From Betaproteobacteria bacterium (GTDB taxonomy: Bacteria > Pseudomonadota > Gammaproteobacteria > Burkholderiales > SG8-41): a stretch of 60,343 nt of DNA. The position numbers and the translations under genes were made by a program. The stretch spans positions 1-60,343 of the forward strand of contig CANJQI010000006.1 in NCBI GenBank assembly GCA_947476215.1, in the 5' to 3' direction. A model generated the notes under the pieces. That model did no database searches, was not told the DNA's origin, and saw only the letters and a program-made list of their open reading frames with translations. Positions 29,208-39,656 of the stretch are shown here, piece by piece (positions within the stretch are counted from its first letter, which is position 1; each line of letters opens with the position of its first letter).

Positions 29208-30626
29208 ATGAACGCCGCAGCCAAATCCCCCAAGAGTAACGACTACCACGTCGCCGATATCGCACAAGCCGACTTCGGCCGCAAGGAAATCGCCATCGCC
29301 GAAACCGAGATGCCCGGCCTGATGGCATTACGCGAGGAATTCAAAGGCACGCAGGTGCTCAAAGGCGCTCGCATAGCCGGCTCGCTGCACATGACGATAC
29401 AAACGGCGGTACTGATAGAAACGCTGGCGGCGCTCGGCGCTGACATACGCTGGGCGTCGTGCAACATCTTTTCGACACAAGATCACGCGGCGGCGGCAAT
29501 TGCCGCGCGCGGAATTCCGGTATTTGCTTACAAAGGCGAATCACTCGAGGACTATTGGGATTACACGCACCGCATACTCGAATGGTCCGACGGCGGCACG
29601 CCCAACATGATCCTCGATGACGGCGGCGACGCCACGCTGCTGGTAACGCTGGGCGCCAAACACGAAAAGGAAGGCACGCTGCCGCCCGAAGGCACGAACG
29701 AAGAGGAAGTGGTGTTGTTCGCCGCCATGCGCAAGAGACTCAAGGAAAAGCCTGGTTACTATTCGAAGATACAGGCCAATATCAAGGGCGTGACCGAGGA
29801 AACGACTACCGGCGTGCATCGCCTCTACCAGATGGAAAAAGAAGGACGGCTGCCGTTCCCGGCCATCAATGTCAATGACTCGGTTACCAAATCCAAGTTT
29901 GACAACCTCTACGGTTGCCGTGAGTCACTGGTCGACGCCATCAAGCGCGCCACCGACGTCATGATCGCCGGCAAGGTGGCCTTGGTCTGCGGCTATGGCG
30001 ACGTCGGCAAGGGCAGCGCCGAAGCACTGCGCGCACTGTCGGCGCAAGTCTGGGTCACGGAAATCGACCCCATCTGCGCGCTGCAAGCCGCGATGGAAGG
30101 TTTCCGCGTCGTGACCATGGACTACGCCGCCGACAAGGCTGACATTTTTGTCACCGCGACGGGCAATCTGGGCGTGATCAACCACGATCACATGAAGCAC
30201 ATGAAAAACAACGCCATCGTGTGCAACATTGGCCACTTCGATTCCGAGATTGAGATTGCCTCGCTCAAACAATACCAGTGGGAAAACATCAAACCTCAGG
30301 TCGACCACGTCATTTTCCCCGATGGCAAACGCCTGATCATCCTCGCCGAAGGGCGGCTGGTGAATCTGGGCTGCGGCACCGGACATCCGTCGTTTGTGAT
30401 GTCAAATTCATTTACGAATCAGACACTTGCGCAAATAGAACTGTACACCAAGGGCGAAAATTACCAGCACAAGGTCTATGTGCTGCCCAAGCAGCTGGAT
30501 GAAAAAGTCGCGCGTTTGCACTTAAAGAAACTCGGCGTACAGCTTACGGTGTTAAGCGAAAAACAGAGCGATTACCTGAGCGTGCCTGTCGACGGGCCGT
30601 TCAAGGCCGATCACTATCGGTACTAA
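29208..30626 (+). CDS. ahcY: Adenosylhomocysteinase
   Basis: [52 protein letters not shown]; start reset to ATG 29208. Confidence 0.98.
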   Translation: MNAAAKSPKSNDYHVADIAQADFGRKEIAIAETEMPGLMALREEFKGTQVLKGARIAGSLHMTIQTAVLIETLAALGADIRWASCNIFSTQDHAAAAIAARGIPVFAYKGESLEDYWDYTHRILEWSDGGTPNMILDDGGDATLLVTLGAKHEKEGTLPPEGTNEEEVVLFAAMRKRLKEKPGYYSKIQANIKGVTEETTTGVHRLYQMEKEGRLPFPAINVNDSVTKSKFDNLYGCRESLVDAIKRATDVMIAGKVALVCGYGDVGKGSAEALRALSAQVWVTEIDPICALQAAMEGFRVVTMDYAADKADIFVTATGNLGVINHDHMKHMKNNAIVCNIGHFDSEIEIASLKQYQWENIKPQVDHVIFPDGKRLIILAEGRLVNLGCGTGHPSFVMSNSFTNQTLAQIELYTKGENYQHKVYVLPKQLDEKVARLHLKKLGVQLTVLSEKQSDYLSVPVDGPFKADHYRY

Positions 30627-30664
30627 TATTCACGCGCAGTCACCACTCTGAAACCGGCACAACT

Positions 30665-31513
30665 GTGACGACATTGCAAAACAAGGCACAGCGTACCTTC
30701 AGCTTCGAGTTCTTCCCCCCCAACACGCCGGAAGGACAGGAGAAACTGCGTGCCACGACCCGCCAACTGGCGCAGCTCAATCCGAAGTTCTTCTCGGTGA
30801 CATTCGGGGCTGGCGGCTCGACTCGCGACCGCACGTTGGGCACGGTGCTGGATATCCGCGCCATGGGGTACGCCGCCGCACCGCACATTTCCTGCATCGC
30901 ATCCACGCGTGAAAACATCCGCGAATGGTTGCAGCGTTATAAAGACGAGGGTATTAAACATCTGGTTGCGTTGCGCGGAGACCTGCCCTCAGGCCTCGCC
31001 TCCGCGGGTGAGTTTCGCTACGCCAATGAATTGATCGAATTCATACGCACGGAATTCGGCGATGCGTTCCAGATCGAGGTCGCGGCATATCCCGAGTTCC
31101 ATCCCCAGGGAAAAAGCGCGCAGGACGATCTGCGGAATTTCAAACGCAAGGTCGAGGCCGGCGCGAACTCCGCGATCACGCAATATTTTTACAATGCCGA
31201 TGCGTATTACCGATTCGTTGATGAATGCGAGGCCATAGGTATCGCGATTCCTATCGTGCCCGGCATCATGCCGGTCGGACGCTATTCACAACTTGCGCGT
31301 TTTTCAGACACATGCGGCGCCGAAATTCCGCGCTGGATGCGCAAGAAGCTTGAAGGGTACGGCGATGATACCGCCTCGATACGCGCATTCGGTCTGGATG
31401 TGGTGACGGCATTGTGCGAGAACCTGCTGCGCCAGGGTGCGCCCGGACTTCATTTCTACACCCTGAACCAGGCGGGCTTGATAACCACCATTTGGCAACG
31501 TTTGGGACTGTAA
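30665..31513 (+). CDS. metF: 5,10-methylenetetrahydrofolate reductase
   Basis: FSFEFFPP, SVTFGAGG, ALRGD, AAYPEFHP, ITQYF, HFYTLN. Confidence 0.97.
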   Translation: MTTLQNKAQRTFSFEFFPPNTPEGQEKLRATTRQLAQLNPKFFSVTFGAGGSTRDRTLGTVLDIRAMGYAAAPHISCIASTRENIREWLQRYKDEGIKHLVALRGDLPSGLASAGEFRYANELIEFIRTEFGDAFQIEVAAYPEFHPQGKSAQDDLRNFKRKVEAGANSAITQYFYNADAYYRFVDECEAIGIAIPIVPGIMPVGRYSQLARFSDTCGAEIPRWMRKKLEGYGDDTASIRAFGLDVVTALCENLLRQGAPGLHFYTLNQAGLITTIWQRLGL

Positions 31514-31514
31514 T

Positions 31515-31799
31515 ATGCCTAGAGCGAGCTGGAACGGCACCGTTATTGCCGAAAGCAACCGTTGCATCGTCGTCGAAGGCAATCAATACTTTCCGCCCGA
31601 AACGGTCAACCACGACTTTCTGCGCGCAAGCAAGACGCATACGCTTTGTGCGTGGAAAGGCATGGCCAGTTACTACGATGTAGTGGTGAACGATGAATCC
31701 ATCAAGGATGCCGCTTGGTACTATCCGCAGACCAAAGCCGAAGCACAGCACATCAAGGGATATATTGCGTTCTGGAAAGGCGTGAAAGTCGAAATTTAG
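31515..31799 (+). CDS. DUF427 domain protein
   Basis: WNGTVIAES, VEGNQYFP, CAWKGMASYY, AAWYYP, IAFWKGV. Confidence 0.9.
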   Translation: MPRASWNGTVIAESNRCIVVEGNQYFPPETVNHDFLRASKTHTLCAWKGMASYYDVVVNDESIKDAAWYYPQTKAEAQHIKGYIAFWKGVKVEI

Positions 31800-31805
31800 A
31801 AACGC

Positions 31806-33230
31806 CTACGTCCAGCCCCCGCCCAACGCCTTGAACAAGTCCGCAATGGCGGTGCGCTGGGCGCGCAACGCATCGATGCGGTTCTGTTCTGCGGCCAGCA
31901 AACCGCGTTCCGCATCCAACACGTCGAGCTGGCTCACCAGTCCGTTTTCGTAACGCAATCGGGCAAGTCTCAGCGTTTCGCGCAGCGCGGTAACGCGCTG
32001 CGTTTCCGCGTCGAGCTGATCGCGCGCCTTGACCTGCGCCACCAGCGCATCGCGCACTTCGCGAAAAGCATTTTGAATCGCACCTTGATATTGCGACAGC
32101 GCCTGCTGCTGGCGCGCCGTGGCCACTTCCACTTGCGACTCGATGCGCCCGCTTACCCATAGCGGCTGCGACAGCGCGGCCGCGAACCTCCAGATCATCG
32201 CCGGACCCGAAAACAGACTGCTGAGCGCGGTGCTCTCGCTGCCCAGATAGCCGGATAATGAAATCGCTGGAAAGTAATAGGCGCGCGCGACGCCTATACG
32301 AGCGTTCGCCGCGATCAGCCGCTGCTCGGTCTCGACGAGATCGGGTCGACGCAACAACAATTCCGACGGCATGTCGGACGGAACCACGACGGCGGCAGCC
32401 ACATTCCCTCCGTCGCTGCCGGCGTCGACGCCGCCTTCGTAAATCGTTTTTGGGCTGCGCCCCAAGAGGACCGCGAGAGCGTTTTCCTGCCGAGAACGCG
32501 CACGCTCCAGCGCCGGCAACTGCGCGCGCGCGGCCGCCACTTCAGATTCGCGTTGACGTAACTCGTAATCCGACAGCAGGCCGAACTCCACGCGCTTGCG
32601 CTGTATGGCGAGCGACTCGCTGCGCGACGCCAGCGAGCGGCGCGTCACGGCGATTTGCTCATCAAGCGCGCGCAACGCGAAATATCCCTGCGCAACATCG
32701 GACGTCAGCGCAATGCGCACCGTCGAGCGAGCAGCTTCACTGGCCAGCAAGTCCGCGCGTGCCGCCTGGGTTGCGCTACGCAGTCTGCCCCACAAATCGA
32801 GTTCGTAGGAGACATCCAAGGTGGCGCGAAAATCGTTACGCACCGGATCGCTACCAGCGGGCGAAGGCTGACTTCCGCGCTGCGAGATGCGCGAACGTGA
32901 ATTGTCGAGGTTAATGCGCGCGCCGGGCGTCTCCTCCGCGGCAGCAAACTTGAGTGCGGCGCGCGCTTCGTCGACGCGTGCCGCAGCCAGCGACAGGTTG
33001 GCGTTGTTTGCCAAAGCTTCGGCAATCAGTTGATCCAGCACGCGCTCCGCATAGACGGTCCACCATTGCGTGTTCCTTACTTCCGCACCGGTCGCGCTAA
33101 CGGTGCTCCACGCGGCTGGAACTTCCACCGCGGGTTTGTTATATCGGGGCCCCATCGACGAACATCCCGCGACCAGCATTGCGACCGCCATGACTAGCGT
33201 AAACATTTGTTTATTAATCATATTAATCAT
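31806..33230 (-). CDS. Efflux outer-membrane lipoprotein (NodT/OprM family)
   Basis: Lipobox LVAGC, SYELDLWG, PSELLLRRPD, LFKALGGGW; start at ATG 33230 overlapping the RND stop (the ORF track over-extends to 33797). Confidence 0.92.
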   Translation of the reverse strand: MINMINKQMFTLVMAVAMLVAGCSSMGPRYNKPAVEVPAAWSTVSATGAEVRNTQWWTVYAERVLDQLIAEALANNANLSLAAARVDEARAALKFAAAEETPGARINLDNSRSRISQRGSQPSPAGSDPVRNDFRATLDVSYELDLWGRLRSATQAARADLLASEAARSTVRIALTSDVAQGYFALRALDEQIAVTRRSLASRSESLAIQRKRVEFGLLSDYELRQRESEVAAARAQLPALERARSRQENALAVLLGRSPKTIYEGGVDAGSDGGNVAAAVVVPSDMPSELLLRRPDLVETEQRLIAANARIGVARAYYFPAISLSGYLGSESTALSSLFSGPAMIWRFAAALSQPLWVSGRIESQVEVATARQQQALSQYQGAIQNAFREVRDALVAQVKARDQLDAETQRVTALRETLRLARLRYENGLVSQLDVLDAERGLLAAEQNRIDALRAQRTAIADLFKALGGGWT

Positions 33231-36200
33231 GAGTGGCTGCCCGAAGCCGAACCCTCGTGCGCATGCACGGGGCGCGGCTTGCGCGCCAGCAGGGCAAAGA
33301 ACAAGGGCACGAATATCGGCGCGATAAATGTCGCGATGATCATCCCGCCAAATACACCGGTACCCATCGACTGGCGTGCCGCGGCGCCGGCGCCGGTGGC
33401 GATCACCAATGGCAACACGCCGAATACAAACGCCAGCGAGGTCATGACGATGGGACGAAAGCGCAGTCGCGCGGCTTCGCGCGCCGCCTCTGCCGCGCTT
33501 TTGCCATGCTCCATGCCCTGCATCGCGAATTCCGCGATCAGGATCGCATTCTTGGCAGCCAGCCCTATGAGCACGATCAGGCCGATCTGAAAATAAATGT
33601 CGTTTTGCATGTCGCGCAAAAACACAAATCCCAGCGCGCCACCCAGTGCAAACGGCACGGCCATCAGCACCGCTAGCGGCACGCCCCAACGCTCGTAAAG
33701 CGCGGACAAAATCAGATAGACCATGACAATCGCAAATCCAAACGCGAATATCGATGCACTGCCCGTGCGTTTCTCCTGGAATGCCTGGCCCGTCCATTCG
33801 ATGGCATAGCCTTGCGGCAGCGTTGCCTTTGCGATTTCCTCGACAGCGCGTATGGCTTCGCCTGAGCTGTAACCAGGCTTGGCATTTCCGAAAACCTTGG
33901 CGGCGATATACGCGTTGTAACGCTCGATCTGCTCGGGGCCGATAATGTTGCTTACCGTGATCAGTGCCTTAAGCGGAATCATGGTGCCGGTGGTCGCCGA
34001 ACGCACATAAACGCTGCCAAGATCCTGCGGTTTTGCGCGATATTGCGCGTCGGCCTGTATGGTTACCCGGTACGTGCGGCCGGCGCGGTTGAAGTCATTG
34101 ATATACAGCGACCCCATTTGCGCCTGCAGCGCCAGAAACACTTCGTTGACGGGCACGCCCAGCGCCAGCGCTTTCTCGCGATCCACATCAACTCGCAACT
34201 GAGGTACCGTCGGCCGGTAGAAGGTGGTGATGCCGGCAAGCACGGGACTCTTGTTGAGCGCCGCGATGAATTCGCCGGTAACCTGAGCCAGCTTGAGCGG
34301 ATCCGCATCAGTGCGGCCCTGCACATAGACCTCGAAGCCGCCGGCGGCGCCCAACCCCTGTATCGGAGGCGGGTTGAAGGCAAATGCGATGCCATCGGAC
34401 AGCATGAATCCCTTGCCGCTGACTTCGTTGGCCAGTTGCAGCGAGGTCTGGTGACGCTCGTTCCATGGTTTCATCGGCGTAAATATGGTCGCGGCGTTGC
34501 TCTTGTTGCCGCCCCCGATCAGGTCAAAGCCGTTGACGATGAAGAAATTTTCTATGGCCTGATTGCCGCTCATCATCTGCCGCAGTTGTTCGGTGGTCTT
34601 GCTGGTGCGTTCCAGCGTGGCGCCGTCGGGCAACTGCACCGCGGCAATGATGTAACCCTGATCCTCGGGCGGCACGAAACTGCCGGGAATACGAAACAGC
34701 AGCAGTGCCACGCCACCCAGCAACGCGGCAAAAAGCACCATGGCCAGAATGCGACGCGCAAGCACCATGTCGACGGCACCCAGAAAATGCCGTGTTGTCC
34801 AGTCGAATCCACGGTTGAATGCTCCGAATAGCGCGCGCACCCAACCGCGGCTCTTTTCCTGGTGACCTTGCTTAAGCAGAATGGCGCACAAAGCGGGTGT
34901 CAGCGTCAAGGCAACCACGCCCGACAACACGACCGCGATCGTGACCGTCACCGCAAACTGGCGGTAAAGCTGCCCGGCAATGCCGCCCAGAAAAGCAACC
35001 GGAATAAACACCGCACTCAACGCCAGCACGATGCCGATCACCGCGCCCTGCACTTCGCGCATGGCCTCGATGGCCGCCGCCAGTGGTGTCATTTTTTCTT
35101 CACGCATCAGGCGTTCGACGTTTTCGAGTACCACGATGGCATCGTCCACGACTATGCCTATGGCGAGCACCATCGCGAACAGCGTCAGCGTATTGATCGA
35201 AAATCCGAACAACCACAACCCGGCGAAGGTCCCTATCAGGGAAACCGGCACCGCCAGAATTGGAATCAACGTCGCGCGCCAGGACTGCAGGAAAACGAAT
35301 ACCACCAGCACGACTATGATGGCCGCTTCCGCGATGGTGTGCGTGACTTCCTTGATCGATGCCGACACGAAACGCGTGGTGTCGTAGGGAATACTGTAGT
35401 CCACATCCTCGGGAAAGCGGTCTTTGCGCAGTTCCGCCATGCGCGCCTTGACCGCGGCACCGACGTCGAGCGCATTGGCGCCGGACTGCAGGAATACGCC
35501 GAGCGGCAAGGCGGGCTGGCCGTTGATGGTACTGGACGCATCGTAACTCTGCGCGCCCAACTCGATGCGAGCAACGTCCTTCAGCCGGAGCACGCCCGCG
35601 CCGCCGTTGGCGGCATTGCCGGAACGCAGCACGATCTCGCCGAATTGTTCCGGCTGCGTCAGCCGCCCGCTCGCAATCACGGTGTAATTGAGCGACTGCC
35701 CCTTCAGCGCGGGCTCGGCGCCGACGCGGCCGGCCGCATACTGCGCGTTTTGCGCGTTGATCGCCGACTGTATGTCGGCCGTGGTGACGCCGAGCTGCGC
35801 CATGCGGTCGGGCTTCAGCCAGACGCGCATCGAGTAATCACGTGCCGCGAAATTAATGACATCGGCGACGCCCGCAATGCGTTTAATGTCATCGATTACA
35901 TTCTGTGTCGCGTAATTCGACAGAAACAAGGTGTCATGAGTACTCTTGGGTGAATTGAGCGAGATCACGAGCAGAAAATTCTGCGAGCGCTTCGCAACGG
36001 TAATGCCGTTGCGCCGGACTTCGTCGGGCAACCGTGGTGTCGCAAGCTGCACGCGGTTGTTGATATTGAAAGTGGCCTTGTCGATATCGGTGCCCACTTC
36101 AAAGGTCGCGGTGATCACGGTCTGACCGTTCGACGCCGATGTCGAGTTGAAATACAGCAGGTTTTCGACGCTCGACAATTGCTCCTCGATCGGCGCGGCG

Positions 36201-36382
36201 ACGGTCTTGGCGAGCGTTTCCGCGGATGCGCCCGGATATAGTGCGGTAATCGTGACCGTAGGCGGAGCAATTTCAGGATACTGCGCAATCGGCAGTATTT
36301 TTGCCGACACCAGACCTGCAAGAACAATAATGATCGCTAAAACGCCCGCGAATATCGGGCGCTCTATGAAAAATCTCGACAT
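33227..36382 (-). CDS. HAE1 multidrug efflux RND permease (AcrB/MexB-like)
   Basis: MSRFFIERPIFA, AIGIVVDDAIVVLEN, GLAAKNAILI, RFRPIVMTS. Confidence 0.95.
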   Translation of the reverse strand: MSRFFIERPIFAGVLAIIIVLAGLVSAKILPIAQYPEIAPPTVTITALYPGASAETLAKTVAAPIEEQLSSVENLLYFNSTSASNGQTVITATFEVGTDIDKATFNINNRVQLATPRLPDEVRRNGITVAKRSQNFLLVISLNSPKSTHDTLFLSNYATQNVIDDIKRIAGVADVINFAARDYSMRVWLKPDRMAQLGVTTADIQSAINAQNAQYAAGRVGAEPALKGQSLNYTVIASGRLTQPEQFGEIVLRSGNAANGGAGVLRLKDVARIELGAQSYDASSTINGQPALPLGVFLQSGANALDVGAAVKARMAELRKDRFPEDVDYSIPYDTTRFVSASIKEVTHTIAEAAIIVVLVVFVFLQSWRATLIPILAVPVSLIGTFAGLWLFGFSINTLTLFAMVLAIGIVVDDAIVVLENVERLMREEKMTPLAAAIEAMREVQGAVIGIVLALSAVFIPVAFLGGIAGQLYRQFAVTVTIAVVLSGVVALTLTPALCAILLKQGHQEKSRGWVRALFGAFNRGFDWTTRHFLGAVDMVLARRILAMVLFAALLGGVALLLFRIPGSFVPPEDQGYIIAAVQLPDGATLERTSKTTEQLRQMMSGNQAIENFFIVNGFDLIGGGNKSNAATIFTPMKPWNERHQTSLQLANEVSGKGFMLSDGIAFAFNPPPIQGLGAAGGFEVYVQGRTDADPLKLAQVTGEFIAALNKSPVLAGITTFYRPTVPQLRVDVDREKALALGVPVNEVFLALQAQMGSLYINDFNRAGRTYRVTIQADAQYRAKPQDLGSVYVRSATTGTMIPLKALITVSNIIGPEQIERYNAYIAAKVFGNAKPGYSSGEAIRAVEEIAKATLPQGYAIEWTGQAFQEKRTGSASIFAFGFAIVMVYLILSALYERWGVPLAVLMAVPFALGGALGFVFLRDMQNDIYFQIGLIVLIGLAAKNAILIAEFAMQGMEHGKSAAEAAREAARLRFRPIVMTSLAFVFGVLPLVIATGAGAAARQSMGTGVFGGMIIATFIAPIFVPLFFALLARKPRPVHAHEGSASGSHS

Positions 36383-36391
36383 AGTCTGCGC

Positions 36392-37615
36392 CTAGTTCGC
36401 TTTCTTTGCTGCCGCGGCGCCAGCCTTGCCTGCGTCGGGCGCGGGTGGTTCGGGTTGCGCGCCGGCCGGAGCGCTCTCCGGCGTATGCGGCTGCACCGGT
36501 GCACCGGTGCGTATTTTCATCAGATTGTCGACGATGACCTGATCTCCTACGCTGAGGCCTTTGCGCACCACCCAGTTGCTGTCCGACCATGCCACCGCCT
36601 CCACGGGGCGCGGCGCGGCCTTGCCGTCCTGACCCGCGATCCACACGAAGCGACCTTGGTCGCCCTGCATCACCGCGGCCTTAGGAACCAGAAACGCATC
36701 CTCCTCGCCGGTCAACACCTGCACGCGTACAAACTGCCCCGGAAGCAACACTAGCTTGGGGTTGGGAAATTCAGCACGCACTTGCACTGTTCCCAGCTTG
36801 GGATCCACCGTGGACGCCGTGAAATTGAGTTTTCCCTGGGATGCAATGACCTTGCCATCCGGCGAAACAAGTCTGACCTCGGCTTTTTTTGCGCCGTTGT
36901 GCAGCTGCGTGTATTCGCCCTCGGAGAAGGAAAATCTCACCCAGATGGGATCTGTCTGTGACAGCGTCGTCAGCAATGCGCTGTCGGTACCGGCCGTGAC
37001 CAAGCTGCCCTCGGAACGTTGTGCGCGGCCGGTGATGCCGCGGATGGGCGCAACAACGGAGACATAAGACAAGTTCAGTTCGGCTTCGCGCACCTTGGCC
37101 TCCGCCGCCATGGTCGTCGCTTCCGACTGTTTGACAGCCGACGTAGCGTCGTCAAACTCCTTTTGACTGACGGCTTTCTCGGCCACCAGCAGTTTCATGC
37201 GACCGGCCTCGCGCTGCACCTGCTCGCCACGCGCTTTTTCCTGCGCCAGCGCGGCTTTTGCCTGATCGAGCGCGATTTCATAGGGCGCCCGGTCTATCTG
37301 GAACAGCACAGTGCCGGCGGATACGGTCTCGCCCTCGTTATAAAGGCGTTTTTGCACTATGCCCGAAACGCGCGCACGGATCTCGATCTCGCGCGACCCC
37401 TCGGTCTGCCCGACCGCCTCGACCATGGCCGGCACGCGCTGCTGCTTGACCTGCATTATCGTGACCGGCATCGCCATCCCTCCCGGCCCCTTGCCTGCGT
37501 CGTGCGCACTTTGTCCGCAACCGGCGAACAAGATGACGGCCGCGATACCGCCTGCGGTTAAAACGCGCCGCGAAAACAGTGCACTGGACGTAAATTCATA
37601 GGTTCGGTATGTCAT
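36392..37615 (-). CDS. RND periplasmic adaptor lipoprotein (AcrA/MexA-like)
   Basis: Lipobox LFAGC, EIRARVSG, APIRGITGR, FPNP...LLPGQFVR; ATG 37615 preferred start. Confidence 0.92.
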   Translation of the reverse strand: MTYRTYEFTSSALFSRRVLTAGGIAAVILFAGCGQSAHDAGKGPGGMAMPVTIMQVKQQRVPAMVEAVGQTEGSREIEIRARVSGIVQKRLYNEGETVSAGTVLFQIDRAPYEIALDQAKAALAQEKARGEQVQREAGRMKLLVAEKAVSQKEFDDATSAVKQSEATTMAAEAKVREAELNLSYVSVVAPIRGITGRAQRSEGSLVTAGTDSALLTTLSQTDPIWVRFSFSEGEYTQLHNGAKKAEVRLVSPDGKVIASQGKLNFTASTVDPKLGTVQVRAEFPNPKLVLLPGQFVRVQVLTGEEDAFLVPKAAVMQGDQGRFVWIAGQDGKAAPRPVEAVAWSDSNWVVRKGLSVGDQVIVDNLMKIRTGAPVQPHTPESAPAGAQPEPPAPDAGKAGAAAAKKAN

Positions 37616-37785
37616 GGTTTCTGTCCTGGGTATCTTTGGTGGGCACAACCATGCCCAAAATCGCTGGGGTGCGATGTACAGTCCGCTGCGCCGAGCTGCA
37701 AATTTGCGGATACAGCGCTTCCGAAAAAACAGCAATTTTATACGTATGCGCTTGAATGCATGCAAATAACTTGCAAAATCCAATT

Positions 37786-37821
37786 GATGCCATGGCGCCC
37801 GAAAACGGGCACCATGGCATC
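37786..37821. repeat. 16-bp-arm inverted repeat in the divergent RND / kinase-cluster intergenic region
   Basis: GATGCCATGGCGCCCG-AAAA-CGGGCACCATGGCATC; the single mismatch becomes G-U on the minus strand. Confidence 0.7.
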
Positions 37822-37919
37822 CATGCTGGAAATCCCGTTCACGGTGGATTTATCAAAATAATTTGCTTAAACTGGACCCTTGGGCGCTCGAAACCGAATC
37901 GAATGGTGGCTAGGCACAC

Positions 37920-38615
37920 ATGAATAAGCTCCTCATTCTCGGCATGACTGCAGTGCTGGCATGCGCGGCTGCTTCCGGCCACGCGCAGGGCTTCAAGTTT
38001 TCTCAAGACGACAATGGCGCCAAGGGCAAGGAACAGGCGCGACAGGAGGCGATTGCCGATCGCCTCTCCACGCCGTGCCGGGAGCAGCTTAAGAGTAAGA
38101 AGATCATGCTGATCATAGGCGAGCAAATGTCCGCCGGCGGGATACTCGCCAATCAGGAAAACTACGGGCCGCATTTTCAGGCGATTAATCAGCGCCTGCG
38201 CGCACTTGGCCTCACCACCTATACGCCTGAAGAGATCAAGAAGCAGATCGCGCAGGCCGAGATCGATGCCTATTTCAAAGGCAATCCCGACGCTGCGTTG
38301 TCGGCGTCGAGACGGCTGGGCGCGAGCTTTGTGCTGCGCGGACTGATCGCCACGCAATCCGCGGTCAACCCGGTGATTCGGGTCAACGAAGTGACGGTCA
38401 ATCTCGGTTTCTCGCTTTCCGACGCCACCGGCCGCGCGATCTCCGACGCCACGGCGCAAGGCGGATCCTTCGCGGGCAGCGATTTGCGCTCGGCCGCGGC
38501 ACGGCTGATCAATGAACAAGCAGACGACGTCGTGTCCAGGCTCTACAGCGACTATTGCACCAAGGCAGTGGTCGCCGAGCCCGCGCGCAAGGGCGAACCT
38601 GCGCGCAAAAAATAA
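37920..38615 (+). CDS. Exported hypothetical protein, possible CsgG/TolB-N/FlgT-middle-like fold
   Basis: Signal peptide (GHA|Q); KIMLIIGE...RLRALGL...ASRRLGASFVLRG...SLSDATGRAI pattern; two mature Cys. Confidence 0.7.
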   Translation: MNKLLILGMTAVLACAAASGHAQGFKFSQDDNGAKGKEQARQEAIADRLSTPCREQLKSKKIMLIIGEQMSAGGILANQENYGPHFQAINQRLRALGLTTYTPEEIKKQIAQAEIDAYFKGNPDAALSASRRLGASFVLRGLIATQSAVNPVIRVNEVTVNLGFSLSDATGRAISDATAQGGSFAGSDLRSAAARLINEQADDVVSRLYSDYCTKAVVAEPARKGEPARKK

Positions 38616-38657
38616 TGTCTGTGTCCAACGACGCTACTTTGAGAAGCTTAACCGTTC

Positions 38658-38755
38658 AACGCGGGGGACGCAGAGGGTCGCAGAGATGCGCGGAGTAACA
38701 GCTTGGAGCAAATCAAGATAAGGTTTCCTCTGCGTCCCCCCGCGTTCTCTGCGTT
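38658..38755. repeat. Inverted-repeat element built from CGCAGAG-type units
   Basis: AACGCGGGGGACGCAGAGG (38658-38676) pairs with CCTCTGCGTCCCCCCGCGTT (38727-38746); extra cgcagag/cgcggag and ctctgcg units. Confidence 0.75.
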
Positions 38756-38809
38756 AGGCGTTTATTAAGGTAGTTTCATTGGTACCTGTGCCAAATCTGT
38801 CTTAGGAGA

Positions 38810-39625
38810 ATGAAGATGAAACGGAATCTGTCAAAAATTGCAGGCGGAATCATGGGCGGCGCGTTGTTCATAATGTCTTGCGCAGGTTATGCGCAACCGG
38901 ATTTCAGCCGCAGCAGTCCCGCACCTTCGACCTCGACATCGCAAAGAGCCAACGAAGCCGCCGATCGCGCTCTTTACAAGCCTATCGAATATGCGAACGC
39001 CGCCAAAGCCGGCCCGCCGCTGATCGTGATCCCAGGAGATATCAAGAGCACCAATGCAACTTTCACCCAGAAGTACGGCGCCAACAATATCGCCGACTTT
39101 GCGGAGATCGAACTATCAAAAGCCAACTTTCCGGTGCTCGAACGCACCAATCTCGGTCCGCTGCTCAATGAATTCACGCTCGCCTATAACCTGGGCGACC
39201 AGGGTGAAGCGCGCAAAATGCTGGGTCGTGGCAATCTGAAAACCACCAAATGGGTGGTCAAGTTCGATATCCTGAAAACGGAACATGTCGCGTCCGCGCA
39301 AAAAGGTTTCGATGGCAGGGCAATAGGCAACATCATAGGCATCTTCGGCGGGATGGGCGGCGCAATAGGCGGCACTACCGTTGGTTCGGTCAAGACTGAG
39401 GATACTACTGGCGTGTGGATTATAGGCATGCGTTACAAGATCATGAATGCGGAAACCACCGAGCAGGTCGCCACCGGCTACACCGAGGAAAAAATGGAAG
39501 TCGGCACCACCGGAACCTCGATGCTCGGCATTTCATCCGGCCAGCAGGGCGGCGTGTCGCTCGATACCATGGTGCAACGCCTGGTGCAAAAAACCGTATG
39601 GGAAATTGACAGCAAGTACAAGTAA
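38810..39625 (+). CDS. Exported CsgG/HfaB-like protein
   Basis: Signal peptide; FPVLERTNLGPLLNE matches the CsgG-family F-x-V-(V/L)-E-R motif; Gly-rich hairpin; YKIMNAETTEQV; AGGAG RBS. Confidence 0.72.
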   Translation: MKMKRNLSKIAGGIMGGALFIMSCAGYAQPDFSRSSPAPSTSTSQRANEAADRALYKPIEYANAAKAGPPLIVIPGDIKSTNATFTQKYGANNIADFAEIELSKANFPVLERTNLGPLLNEFTLAYNLGDQGEARKMLGRGNLKTTKWVVKFDILKTEHVASAQKGFDGRAIGNIIGIFGGMGGAIGGTTVGSVKTEDTTGVWIIGMRYKIMNAETTEQVATGYTEEKMEVGTTGTSMLGISSGQQGGVSLDTMVQRLVQKTVWEIDSKYK

Positions 39626-39656
39626 TGACTTGTCGGAAGGCACAGGAAATCGCGCC

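Noticed and set aside
33212-33230. 9-bp duplication TATTAATCA as a target-site duplication
   Set aside because: In-frame tandem copy giving MINMINK with nothing inserted between; no supporting mobile element
33231-33797. Apparent 189-aa N-terminal extension of the outer-membrane factor (similar extensions on cusB, ahcY, ppx and the kinase)
   Set aside because: They overlap the upstream gene or the riboswitch; better starts with an RBS or ATGA coupling exist downstream
38810-39625. Curli or holdfast secretion locus
   Set aside because: No csgA/B/E/F or hfaA/D-like genes nearby; only fold-level resemblance is supportable
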